In this document: piece by piece, positions 17,181 to 25,368 of the stretch
Layout of the letters: each line of letters begins with the position of its first letter
Position numbering within the stretch: the stretch's first letter is position 1
Virus record (IMG/VR): IMGVR_UViG_3300027813_001600
Coordinates: 1 to 39,320 of that record
DNA: 39,320 bases
Strand: one strand, 5' to 3'
From: a virus
Taxonomy: Duplodnaviria; Caudoviricetes
Notes under the pieces: model-generated
The model's database searches: none
What the model was told of the DNA's origin: nothing
What the model saw: the letters and a program-made list of their open reading frames with translations, nothing else
Position numbers and translations under genes: made by a program

Positions 17181-17663
17181 TTATTTGGCCATTTTAGCGA
17201 CAGCTTTGTCGTAGTCTTCTTGGGTTACAAGACCTTCACTCAACAACCGAACTCTGTTCACTTCGTGTGCTGCTTGAGTCTCTTCTTTTGATCCGCCGAA
17301 GTAAGGAACACAATGTCCTTCTTCTGTTAGAATTTCAGTTACTTTCTTCATTTCGCCATTGTAGTCTACTTTGAAGTCTCCTAAGATACGTCCGAACTTG
17401 CCTTTCATATCTTCACCATGCTTATCTTCAGTAGTAATAAGTTTACCACCATGTTTCATAAGCTCTTTCAAACGTGCTTTAGCTGCTTCGCCAAACAAGT
17501 CTTCTACTCTATCACTTGTGCGTGACTCAGGCGTATCAATGCCCATGATACGTACACGCTCGTCTTTTAAGCAAACACCAAAACCTAGATCGATATCTAC
17601 GTCTACTGTGTCGCCGTCGACTACTTTAATTACTACTACGTCATACTCGTTATTGTGTTGCAT
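17181..17663 (-). CDS. Thermonuclease (SNase-like)
   Basis: KVVDGDTVDVDIDLGF, RVRIMGIDTPESRT, GKFGRILG. Confidence 0.93.
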   Translation of the reverse strand: MQHNNEYDVVVIKVVDGDTVDVDIDLGFGVCLKDERVRIMGIDTPESRTSDRVEDLFGEAAKARLKELMKHGGKLITTEDKHGEDMKGKFGRILGDFKVDYNGEMKKVTEILTEEGHCVPYFGGSKEETQAAHEVNRVRLLSEGLVTQEDYDKAVAKMAK

Positions 17664-17706
17664 TTTTGTGCCCTCTCTAAATTATGTGCCCATATTATTT
17701 AGCCAT

Positions 17707-17733
17707 AAAAAAAGAGCCCCTAAGGGCCCTTTT
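17707..17733 (-). terminator. Intrinsic terminator after porin gene
   Basis: AAAAGGGCCCTTAGGGGCTCTTTTTTT. Confidence 0.85.
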
Positions 17734-17765
17734 AGTTCGAACGGCGTTATGCCTGTTCTGTTAGT

Positions 17766-18545
17766 TTAGAACTTAATGCTAAGTCCTAATCCTGGTGTTA
17801 CTTCTGATGCATCAAAGTTATAGTTTGCATCTGCTGTAAGTGTCATTCCGTTAATGTCTGTTGTATATGCTAGTCCAGCATTTTCAGTCCAGTCATTTTC
17901 GTCACCGTTTAAGTATGCTGTGAATCCCATTAGGGTAGCATCAGCTTCAAGAGCAAGTACGTCAGCTGCATATGTCATTGTTGTGCCAACTGCTACAGTT
18001 GATACTGAAGCTGCTGCTCGGCCGCCCCAGATGTATTTGTTAGTAGCATTATTCCAGTCAACTGCTGCTGTAACGTCTACAACTGGCAAAGACATTGTAT
18101 ATGATGCTTGCAAGTTTGCAATATCACTTACGTCTGTTGAGATATCTGCGAAGCCTGCTGCTAGAGACAATCCATTTGCAGATACTTGTACTGATTCCGT
18201 CATTGCTGCATTTGGATCATTTAATGAATCAAATGCTGTTGCTGCAATTGCTGTTGGCATAATGCCACCTTGGTCGCCAAAGGACACAGTTGAACCTGCA
18301 ACTGTTGTACCGATGTGCCAATCGTCAATCACTAGATCATCAGATGTATCACGAGCTAATTCAATTGCGCCAAAGGCTGCACCTGAATTGTGATTGAAGT
18401 CAAGATTGAAACTTGGGGTTGCTACATATTTGTCTGTAGTTTGATTTTCTGTTACATCCAGGTCGATTGAACCTGAAATAACTGTTTCGGCTAGTGCCGT
18501 TGATGCAGCCATAATGGCCACAGTCGCTAGTACGAATGTACGCAT
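17766..18545 (-). CDS. Outer-membrane porin-like beta-barrel
   Basis: Signal peptide (STALA/ETVISG), alternating amphipathic beta-strands, VSFGDQGG, and a C-terminal GLGLSIKF (BAM-type terminal Phe). Confidence 0.8.
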   Translation of the reverse strand: MRTFVLATVAIMAASTALAETVISGSIDLDVTENQTTDKYVATPSFNLDFNHNSGAAFGAIELARDTSDDLVIDDWHIGTTVAGSTVSFGDQGGIMPTAIAATAFDSLNDPNAAMTESVQVSANGLSLAAGFADISTDVSDIANLQASYTMSLPVVDVTAAVDWNNATNKYIWGGRAAASVSTVAVGTTMTYAADVLALEADATLMGFTAYLNGDENDWTENAGLAYTTDINGMTLTADANYNFDASEVTPGLGLSIKF

Positions 18546-18657
18546 TTTAGTTTAGTCCTTTAAAGTTATTATTTTTTATCATTGAGCTTGTGGTTAGATT
18601 TGTGTTATTGCTCACCTATTACTTATGCAGAAGTGCAGAAGTTTGTTAGTTAGTGAA

Positions 18658-18920
18658 TGTAACTTTTCTGTTGCCAGGTAAGTTACCAACCCCTACATAC
18701 CTATTTCTAGGCTGCTAATGCTATATTTGCTGTGTTTGCAATTATAAAGTTTCTTCGCGATAACCGTGCTTAGATCCGGGTAACTCCGCTCGCCTATTAA
18801 TCCGCCTGTCGATCCTATTTCAGCCCCATCAACTATACACTCAGTAAATGTACACTTGGTGGAGCTGCCGGGTACCGCCCCCGGGTCCAGCTCGTCGTTT
18901 AGCTTGTTTCAACGTTACAT
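18658..18920 (-). ncRNA. ssrA: Circularly permuted two-piece tmRNA
   Basis: Acceptor piece ...GGACCCGGGGGCGGTACCCGGCAGCTCCACCA ends at 18857. A 29-nt intervening segment follows, then the coding piece starts GGGGCTGAAATAGGATCGAC at 18827. Acceptor stem GGGGCTG/CAGCTCC has G3.U. Tag ORF 18739-18707 = ANTANIALAA*. 3' motif ACCTGGCAACAGAA. Outer ends approximate. Confidence 0.93.
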
Positions 18921-18923
18921 GTA

Positions 18924-18954
18924 TATTTATACACTACTTTTAGTTTCTTGTCAA
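18924..18954 (-). promoter_or_regulatory. Composite sigma70 / late promoter of tmRNA
   Basis: TTGACA-17-TATAAA, where the -10 is part of a perfect TATAAATA. Confidence 0.75.
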
Positions 18955-18984
18955 CCTCTTTTTGCATATAAATTAACTTTTCTT

Positions 18985-19290
18985 TTATATGAACATGTCT
19001 AACTGTTGTTCTACGTGTTCTCTTTTTTCTTCTTTGTCTGGTTTAATTGGTTCTAACCAGCTGTCTGCAATGTATGCTTTAGGACTAGGACCTAACTGAA
19101 TGTCTATGTCGTCGCCTTCGATCCACCAATAGTGATCGTGTACTAAACATGTACAAGTCATGCCGTGTGCTTCAAACTGTTCACCTTGTGCATACTTACC
19201 GATGTACTCAACTACTTTTACTACTCGTCCAATGTTACTTGGGTTCACTGAATGTATTATACGAGCAAAATCACCTGGTCTACACTTCAT
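18985..19290 (-). CDS. Hypothetical phage protein (small beta-barrel-like)
   Basis: MKCRPGDFARII...NIGRVVKV...ADSWLEPI; overlaps the upstream gene. Confidence 0.7.
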   Translation of the reverse strand: MKCRPGDFARIIHSVNPSNIGRVVKVVEYIGKYAQGEQFEAHGMTCTCLVHDHYWWIEGDDIDIQLGPSPKAYIADSWLEPIKPDKEEKREHVEQQLDMFI

Positions 19291-19510
19291 TGCTAGTCTT
19301 AGTCTCTTCGTATTTAATTATCATTGCTGATAGTTCATCTGACTTAACTAGCCAGCCGCCTTCATTTACAATAAACACATCACCGGGTTTGTACAGGCAG
19401 CTATCTTTTTGTTTGCCGTCTGCCATTTGTCCCATGACTTCACCGGGCCAATCACCTTCGATACGAAAGTTGTTGCCTGCCTGGGTTATGTTATAGTCCA
19501 TCCATATCAT
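19280..19510 (-). CDS. Hypothetical phage protein
   Basis: 76-aa ORF in a tightly packed operon. Confidence 0.65.
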   Translation of the reverse strand: MIWMDYNITQAGNNFRIEGDWPGEVMGQMADGKQKDSCLYKPGDVFIVNEGGWLVKSDELSAMIIKYEETKTSNEV

Positions 19511-19514
19511 GTTC

Positions 19515-19724
19515 TTACCACCATTCTAGTGTTCTTCCGTTTCCTGTAATAATCATACAACATGTAATAACATGCAGTATAATCCAAAAGGTACGAAAAG
19601 CCAGAGCTTTCTTCACATCACTTTGTGTAATAGGAAGGAACTCTGGCTTGTCATCATCGTCAATGCCAACGGGCATTCCAACAGTTCTAGCCCATGTTCT
19701 AAGCCATCGCCGTTGTCCGCTCAT
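19515..19724 (-). CDS. Small membrane protein
   Basis: 69 aa with a C-terminal hydrophobic helix; TAATG coupling. Confidence 0.65.
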   Translation of the reverse strand: MSGQRRWLRTWARTVGMPVGIDDDDKPEFLPITQSDVKKALAFRTFWIILHVITCCMIITGNGRTLEWW

Positions 19725-19906
19725 TACATTGCGTTCTTTTTCTCGATAATTTCTTTGCGGCGCTCTTTAGTAAGTTTGCCTAAGTTACCAAGTGCAGTGC
19801 GAGCGCGAGTTGCTGCTGCTTTTACACCTTTATCTTCGAACGTTGCATGCTCTGTAAGATAGTTATTAAACGCTTGTACGATATCATCGTGAGTTGGTTG
19901 TGACAT
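19724..19906 (-). CDS. Histone H1-like (Hc1-family) small basic protein
   Basis: FEDKGVKAAATRARTALGNLGKLTKERRKE resembles the Hc1 KGNKAA.TRAR motif; SD AAGGAG. Confidence 0.75.
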   Translation of the reverse strand: MSQPTHDDIVQAFNNYLTEHATFEDKGVKAAATRARTALGNLGKLTKERRKEIIEKKNAM

Positions 19907-19939
19907 TATTAGTTCTCCTTTTTTATTAATGTTAGTTTA

Positions 19940-19968
19940 ATTGTACACTAGTTAAAGCGGATTGTCAA
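19940..19968 (-). promoter_or_regulatory. sigma70-type promoter
   Basis: TTGACA-17-TACAAT upstream of the Hc1-like gene. Confidence 0.75.
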
Positions 19969-19975
19969 CCATTAA

Positions 19976-20899
19976 TTAACTAGTTGCATATCCGTATTTG
20001 GCTAATACAGTTTGTGCATAAGGATAGTTAGGTAAACTGCGGCGACTGCCGTTTGAACCCCATGCTCTTTTACCACCAGTATCAAGATGTATAAATGTAT
20101 TATATACACCTACACCACCGATACCTTCGTTAATTGCAATCTCGATAAACTTTGCTCTGTCTGAATTACTATATCCAGTCATTACAATATCAGTTGCTTT
20201 GCCTCGCTGATGCATACTAGTCTTTGCTCCGCCTACCTTTCGGTTGTAGGCAGGACTACGATATGCACTGGTAATAGTAAGGTTTTGGCCCCACTTCTTT
20301 GCGATTCTTATTAAAATGTTTCGCAATCTAGTTTCTATCCTTGGATCAGTATGACTGAGGAAGTTTAGTGCAGGATCTGACACACGTTCAAACGTGCTTG
20401 GCGCATCAGCATTTCCTGTACTACTATCTTGTGGACCAGTAACTCCATTTACTGCACTTGTATTGTTGCTGAGGAATTCACCATCGCCGTTGCTAATGCC
20501 ACCATCGCCGTACTCTATAAAGTCTGCGTTAGCAGATGGTGCCGTTTGTCCGTCTCTAAGGTATGCTTCATGTTCGGGTGTAACGTTAACAGCATAAGAA
20601 AATAAGTTACCTACAAATACATCTGGTGAACCTGATGCTGCTTTATTAGCAACCCAACTTTCGTGACCACCTGTAGCATCGCCTTTTTGATGTATTAGCT
20701 TATCTTCAGCGTACACGTTAGTTGCAGATCCAACTGCTGGATCACCGCACGTAGTTGTATCGCCTTTACGTATCACTTGTTCGTCATTTACAAATACAGT
20801 TATGCCTGGCTCAGCATACGCTGTCTGATGAAACGCACCAGGTGTAGGGCTTTCATGTCCTACATGCTTGTCTACATTTGCCCTAACTACGCTTGGCAT
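19976..20899 (-). CDS. PAAR (gp5.4-like spike tip) fused to M15A-type Zn peptidase
   Basis: The N-terminal ~97 aa is PAAR-like (DKHVGH, VFVN...RKGD...CG, GH, GSPDVFVG). After a linker come ITSAYRSPAYNRKVGGAKTSMHQRGKATDI and FIHLD. Confidence 0.85.
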   Translation of the reverse strand: MPSVVRANVDKHVGHESPTPGAFHQTAYAEPGITVFVNDEQVIRKGDTTTCGDPAVGSATNVYAEDKLIHQKGDATGGHESWVANKAASGSPDVFVGNLFSYAVNVTPEHEAYLRDGQTAPSANADFIEYGDGGISNGDGEFLSNNTSAVNGVTGPQDSSTGNADAPSTFERVSDPALNFLSHTDPRIETRLRNILIRIAKKWGQNLTITSAYRSPAYNRKVGGAKTSMHQRGKATDIVMTGYSNSDRAKFIEIAINEGIGGVGVYNTFIHLDTGGKRAWGSNGSRRSLPNYPYAQTVLAKYGYATS

Positions 20900-21189
20900 T
20901 ATACTAGTGCAATTCCACTAGTTTGTGATGTATACTGCTTACCAATCTCTGCTTCAGTTTTTGCCATACAGCTAATTGCCGTTGCTTTCATAACAAACTT
21001 GCCGTCTGGTGACACTGAGAACATAAAAGGAGCAAGTCCTAATCCTTTCTCTTGTGCAATAAGTACCATTGGCTTTTTAAGTGTAACGTTGTTTTCAACT
21101 TCTGCCTCAAGGCGTCCAAGGATTTCTTCTCCTGAACTTAGTTTTAGAGATACTACGTCTCCGACTTTATAAGGTGCTTCAATTAACAT
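20899..21189 (-). CDS. Hypothetical protein, Sm-like fold candidate
   Basis: VVSLKLSSGEEILGRL...VTLKKP pattern. Confidence 0.6.
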   Translation of the reverse strand: MLIEAPYKVGDVVSLKLSSGEEILGRLEAEVENNVTLKKPMVLIAQEKGLGLAPFMFSVSPDGKFVMKATAISCMAKTEAEIGKQYTSQTSGIALV

Positions 21190-21441
21190 TTATAGTGACC
21201 ATCCTGTTCCGTTATAGTTAGTGTCTTCTAGGTATGCACCTAGCTTGTCGTACCCACCGATATTTTCATCGTTTACTTTAATCTGTGGAAACGTTCTTGC
21301 TCCTGGAAACTTTTCCAGTACTTCTTCTCGATTAAAGTCTGTACCTAATTGTTTATAGGTGTACTCTAACTGTCGAGACTCGCAGAGTGCCTTTGCTTGA
21401 TCGCAAAATGGACACGCTGGTTTGCCCCAGATTTCGATCAT
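21190..21441 (-). CDS. nrdC: Glutaredoxin
   Basis: CPFC, RTFPQI, IGGY; adjacent to nrdB. Confidence 0.93.
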   Translation of the reverse strand: MIEIWGKPACPFCDQAKALCESRQLEYTYKQLGTDFNREEVLEKFPGARTFPQIKVNDENIGGYDKLGAYLEDTNYNGTGWSL

Positions 21442-22541
21442 AATGAAAAGCCTTTTAAACTTTCTGTTGACACATCTTGTTTAATGCCGCCAACAATGTA
21501 AGACTCTACTTCTGTTTCTTGTGGTGCTACTTGCAAACCTGAACTTGATAACCAGTGCTGTGTCCACGGTAGCGGATTAGTGTTTACTGGTTGATCAAAG
21601 ATAGCAGTTAATCCAAGTGCTTTCAATCTACGGTTAGCAATGTATTCTACATATTGATTAAGCAATGTAGTGTTAAGACCAATCATTGATCCGTCTTTGA
21701 ACAAATACTCTGCCCAGTCTTTTTCTTCTAGAACACAATCACGCCAAGCTTCATACACATCGTCTTGACACTCTTTAGCAATAGATGCCATCTCTGGATC
21801 GTCTTTGCCTTGAGCCCAAAGTTTTAATACATGTGTGCTTAGTGCTAGGTGCTGTGCTTCGTCGCGAGCAATAAGACTAATAATCTTAGCTGAGCCTTCC
21901 ATTAGCTTTAGTTCGCCAAAGCCAAACGTACAAGCAAAACTTACATAGAAACGCAAGCCTTCTAAGATATTAACTGTCATCATTGCCATGTATAACTTAC
22001 GCTTAACTTCACGCAAACTACCTTCGCCTCTGTGATTGTATGCATCTGCTGCTTCAGTAAACGCATCATAATGCTTAGTAACACTAGTTGCACGAGCAAT
22101 AATCTTCTTGTCATCTAGGATAGTATCAAATACTTCTGACGGGTCAGCGTACACGTTCTTCATAATATGTGTGTAGCTACGTGAGTGTATTGTTTCAAAG
22201 AAGTCCCAAGTAACAATACAGCCTTCTAGTTCAGGAAGTGAAACGTGCGGCAAAAATGCTAGACACGGACCACGTCCTTGGACACTGTCAAGTAGTGTTT
22301 GGTATTTTAAATTACTTGTAAAAATATGCTTCTGCTCTGGACGGAAGTTAGCAAAGTCTGCACGATCTTTTTGTAGACTTACTTCCTCAGGTCGCCAAAA
22401 GTAACCAAGCATTGTCTGGTTAAGTTTATCAAACACAGGAAACCGAAACGTATCATAACGCTGTGTGTTCATGTCTGCTCCGAAGAACATATTTTGTTTT
22501 GTAAAGTCAACCTTTTCTTGGTTAAATATTGTCTTGGCCAT
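21438..22541 (-). CDS. nrdB: Ribonucleotide reductase class Ia beta subunit
   Basis: FWRPEEV, QTLLDSVQGR, ETIHSRSY, LEGLRFYVSF, RDEAQH, VAPQETE. No intron or intein. Confidence 0.98.
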   Translation of the reverse strand: MAKTIFNQEKVDFTKQNMFFGADMNTQRYDTFRFPVFDKLNQTMLGYFWRPEEVSLQKDRADFANFRPEQKHIFTSNLKYQTLLDSVQGRGPCLAFLPHVSLPELEGCIVTWDFFETIHSRSYTHIMKNVYADPSEVFDTILDDKKIIARATSVTKHYDAFTEAADAYNHRGEGSLREVKRKLYMAMMTVNILEGLRFYVSFACTFGFGELKLMEGSAKIISLIARDEAQHLALSTHVLKLWAQGKDDPEMASIAKECQDDVYEAWRDCVLEEKDWAEYLFKDGSMIGLNTTLLNQYVEYIANRRLKALGLTAIFDQPVNTNPLPWTQHWLSSSGLQVAPQETEVESYIVGGIKQDVSTESLKGFSL

Positions 22542-22575
22542 GTATCTCTTTCCTTAATACCATTTGTATAATACC

Positions 22576-22604
22576 AGTGTACTATACTTCTATTTTGTTG
22601 TCAA
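22576..22604 (-). promoter_or_regulatory. sigma70-type promoter upstream of nrdB
   Basis: TTGACA-17-TACACT. Confidence 0.7.
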
Positions 22605-22606
22605 CC

Positions 22607-24913
22607 TTAGATTGCACATGCATCACATTCTTCACCGTCGTCCATATCGTACGTGCTAGGAGCAAGTTCGTCTAACGGTAAATCATCTTCTAGTTCACTT
22701 GGATCTGTTTTATAATCGTATGTGTTCTGATAGTAACTTGTCTTCCAACCTAGCTTATAAGTTGTTAGCAAGTCCTGCATCATCTGACTCATTGGTACTT
22801 CATTGTCTGGATAGTGAGTTGGATTGTATGACCAGTTGCCACTAATACCTTGATCAAAGAACTTTTGCATAACAGCAACGATATTGATATATCCTGTGTT
22901 GTTAGGCATCTCCCACAATAATGTGTAGTGGTTCTTTAGTGTTTGATACTGTGGAACAATCTGCTTAAGAGGCCCTTTTTTGGACTTTTTAACGGACAAG
23001 TATCCTCTAGGTGGTTCGATTCCATTTGTTGCGTTCGACACAACGGATGAACTCTCTGAAGGCATTTGTGCGGACAAAGTGCTGTGCCTGAGGCCGTGTT
23101 CTTTGATAGATGCCCGTAGACTATCCCAATCATAATTTAACTTATTCTCCACAATGGTATCAACTTCCGCTTTATAAGTATCTATAGGGAGGATGCCATC
23201 ACTGTATTTAGTGCGGTGGAAGTATTCACAGGGGCCACGCTCTTGTGCAAGTTTGTTACTTGCTTTAAGTAAGTAGTACTGGAATGCTTCTGTTAAATTG
23301 TGTACTAAGGTCCAGGCTTCTTGATCTGCATAACCTACTTTATTCTTAGCAAGGTAATGTGCTAGGCCAACATAGCCTATTCCTAAACTACGTCTTGCTT
23401 TAGTTGACTTCTCTGCTGCCGCTATAGGATAGTTTTGATAGTCAATAATTTCTTCTAGCGCACGTACCGCTAGTTCACATAGTTCTTCTAAGTCAGCTAA
23501 GTCTCTAATGATGCCTACATTAATAGCACTTAGAATACATAATGCAATTTCGCCTTCTTCGTCGTCGATGTGATTAAGTGGCTTAGTTGGCAATGTAATC
23601 TCTTGACACAAGTTACTCATGTAAATTGCATCTTTAAATGAACTGTGCGTGTTACAGTGATCAACATTCATGATGTAGATACGCCCTGTTTCAGCACGTT
23701 CTTTAATTAACGCACTAAACAATTCCATTGCTGGTACTTTAGTTTTCTTAATACTAGTAGCACGTTCGTACTTTTCGTATAGTTCTTGGAATACCGCAGG
23801 GTCACCAAAGTATGCTTCATACAATCCAGGTACATCGTGTGGCGAGAACAAAGTTATATCACCGCCAGATAACAATCGTTCGTACATAGTTTTATTAAGC
23901 TGAATTGAATAGTCTAGCTTACGTACACGATTGTCCTCAGTACCTTTGTTGTTCTTTAGTACAAGGATGTCTTGAATTTCTTGATGCCAAAAAGGAAAGT
24001 GTGTAGTAGCACTTCCGCCACGAACACCGTTTTGTGTACAACAACGTACTGTGCTTTCAAACTTCTTTAGAAACGGAACAAGACCAGTGTGGGCTACTTC
24101 GCCGCCTCTAATACGTGAGTTTACTCCACGTATTCTTCCTGCGTTGATTCCAATTCCTGCTCTCTGAGCAGTATAGCGACCAATGGCCATGTCTGAAGCG
24201 AAGATGCTATCGAGGGTGTCATCAGCGTCAACGAGAACGCAAGAGGCAAACTGGCGAACCGGAGTGCGGACGCCTGCCATAACTGGCGTTGGGATATTGA
24301 CTTTAAAAAGTGAGGTCGCATCGTAATATCTCCTTACATAATGCATACGTGTTTCTGCTGGATAATTAGCAAACAATGTTGCTGCAATCATCATATACAT
24401 AAACTGGGGAGTCTCAAAAATCTCTTCGTTGCTGCGATCCTGTACAAGATACTTGTCTACTACTTGGCGCAAGCCTGCATAGGTAAAGTTCTCATCACGT
24501 TTATGTTTGATATAGCTCTCTAGTGTTGCAATTTCTTCTGCTGTGTATTTTTCAAGAATTTCTTTATCATAGATCCCGCGGGCGATGTTTGCGTTGATAA
24601 TGTCAATAAACGCAATAGCATCGTATTCGCCAAATACTTGTTTGTATAGTCCGTAACTTAATAGGCGTGCCGCTGCATATTGATAATTTGGAGCTGATAA
24701 ACTAATAAGATCGTTAGCACTTCTAATTAGAATTTCTTGTATTTCTTGTGTTGTCATTCCGTCATAAAATTGTAGATTTGCATTCATTTCAATTTGGCTG
24801 CTACTAACTCCTGCTAAATCTTTACAGGCTTCTTCAACCACAAAGTGTATCTTATCAATATTAAGATGCTCTTTGGTACCGTCACGTTTGACGATTTGTG
24901 TTCCGTTTGACAT
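22607..24913 (-). CDS. nrdA: Ribonucleotide reductase class Ia alpha subunit with ATP cone
   Basis: VKRDG ATP cone, PTPVMAG, QFASCVL, SNLCQEI, KTSYY, C-terminal CDAC. Confidence 0.98.
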   Translation of the reverse strand: MSNGTQIVKRDGTKEHLNIDKIHFVVEEACKDLAGVSSSQIEMNANLQFYDGMTTQEIQEILIRSANDLISLSAPNYQYAAARLLSYGLYKQVFGEYDAIAFIDIINANIARGIYDKEILEKYTAEEIATLESYIKHKRDENFTYAGLRQVVDKYLVQDRSNEEIFETPQFMYMMIAATLFANYPAETRMHYVRRYYDATSLFKVNIPTPVMAGVRTPVRQFASCVLVDADDTLDSIFASDMAIGRYTAQRAGIGINAGRIRGVNSRIRGGEVAHTGLVPFLKKFESTVRCCTQNGVRGGSATTHFPFWHQEIQDILVLKNNKGTEDNRVRKLDYSIQLNKTMYERLLSGGDITLFSPHDVPGLYEAYFGDPAVFQELYEKYERATSIKKTKVPAMELFSALIKERAETGRIYIMNVDHCNTHSSFKDAIYMSNLCQEITLPTKPLNHIDDEEGEIALCILSAINVGIIRDLADLEELCELAVRALEEIIDYQNYPIAAAEKSTKARRSLGIGYVGLAHYLAKNKVGYADQEAWTLVHNLTEAFQYYLLKASNKLAQERGPCEYFHRTKYSDGILPIDTYKAEVDTIVENKLNYDWDSLRASIKEHGLRHSTLSAQMPSESSSVVSNATNGIEPPRGYLSVKKSKKGPLKQIVPQYQTLKNHYTLLWEMPNNTGYINIVAVMQKFFDQGISGNWSYNPTHYPDNEVPMSQMMQDLLTTYKLGWKTSYYQNTYDYKTDPSELEDDLPLDELAPSTYDMDDGEECDACAI

Positions 24914-24942
24914 TATCTCTCCTAGTCTTCTATTATTGATAT

Positions 24943-25368
24943 TTATTGCCGCTTTGGCAACACGTATATTTTTTCGGTTATCAGTGACGCTGGCAACTCG
25001 TCAACAGGTATATATGTACTATTATAATACCCTATTGCAGTTTTGTCAATGACTAATATGTAATAACTTTCAGACTTTTCTTTGTCTGTACTGATAGTTA
25101 TTGAAAAGGCAGAACCATTAAAACGATCGGTTAACTGTAAGGAATAACACATGCCTAATACGCGAGCGAACTCACAGTACTGATTCTCTTGTAGAAGCTG
25201 CCAAGGGTCTGGCCAGCTCTTTTGGTCCCATGCGTCCGTATGAATACTCACTGTTGGAGCAGTGTTATAGTTGTCTATTACGTCTTGAATTGGGTCTTTT
25301 GATTGTTCAAGCGTCCGCCTAAAGTCAACCCAGGAACCCATCCTGTCTTCATAAGTTTTATCAAACAT
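24943..25368 (-). CDS. Hypothetical phage protein
   Basis: 141 aa (WPDPWQLL...YCEFARVLGMCYSL), coupled to the upstream structural gene. Confidence 0.7.
   Translation of the reverse strand: MFDKTYEDRMGSWVDFRRTLEQSKDPIQDVIDNYNTAPTVSIHTDAWDQKSWPDPWQLLQENQYCEFARVLGMCYSLQLTDRFNGSAFSITISTDKEKSESYYILVIDKTAIGYYNSTYIPVDELPASLITEKIYVLPKRQ

Noticed and set aside
18857-18895. tRNA-like T-arm and CCA end
   Set aside because: There is no D or anticodon arm upstream; it is the tmRNA acceptor piece.
21438-24913. Introns or inteins in nrdA/nrdB
   Set aside because: Both ORFs are continuous and of normal length.
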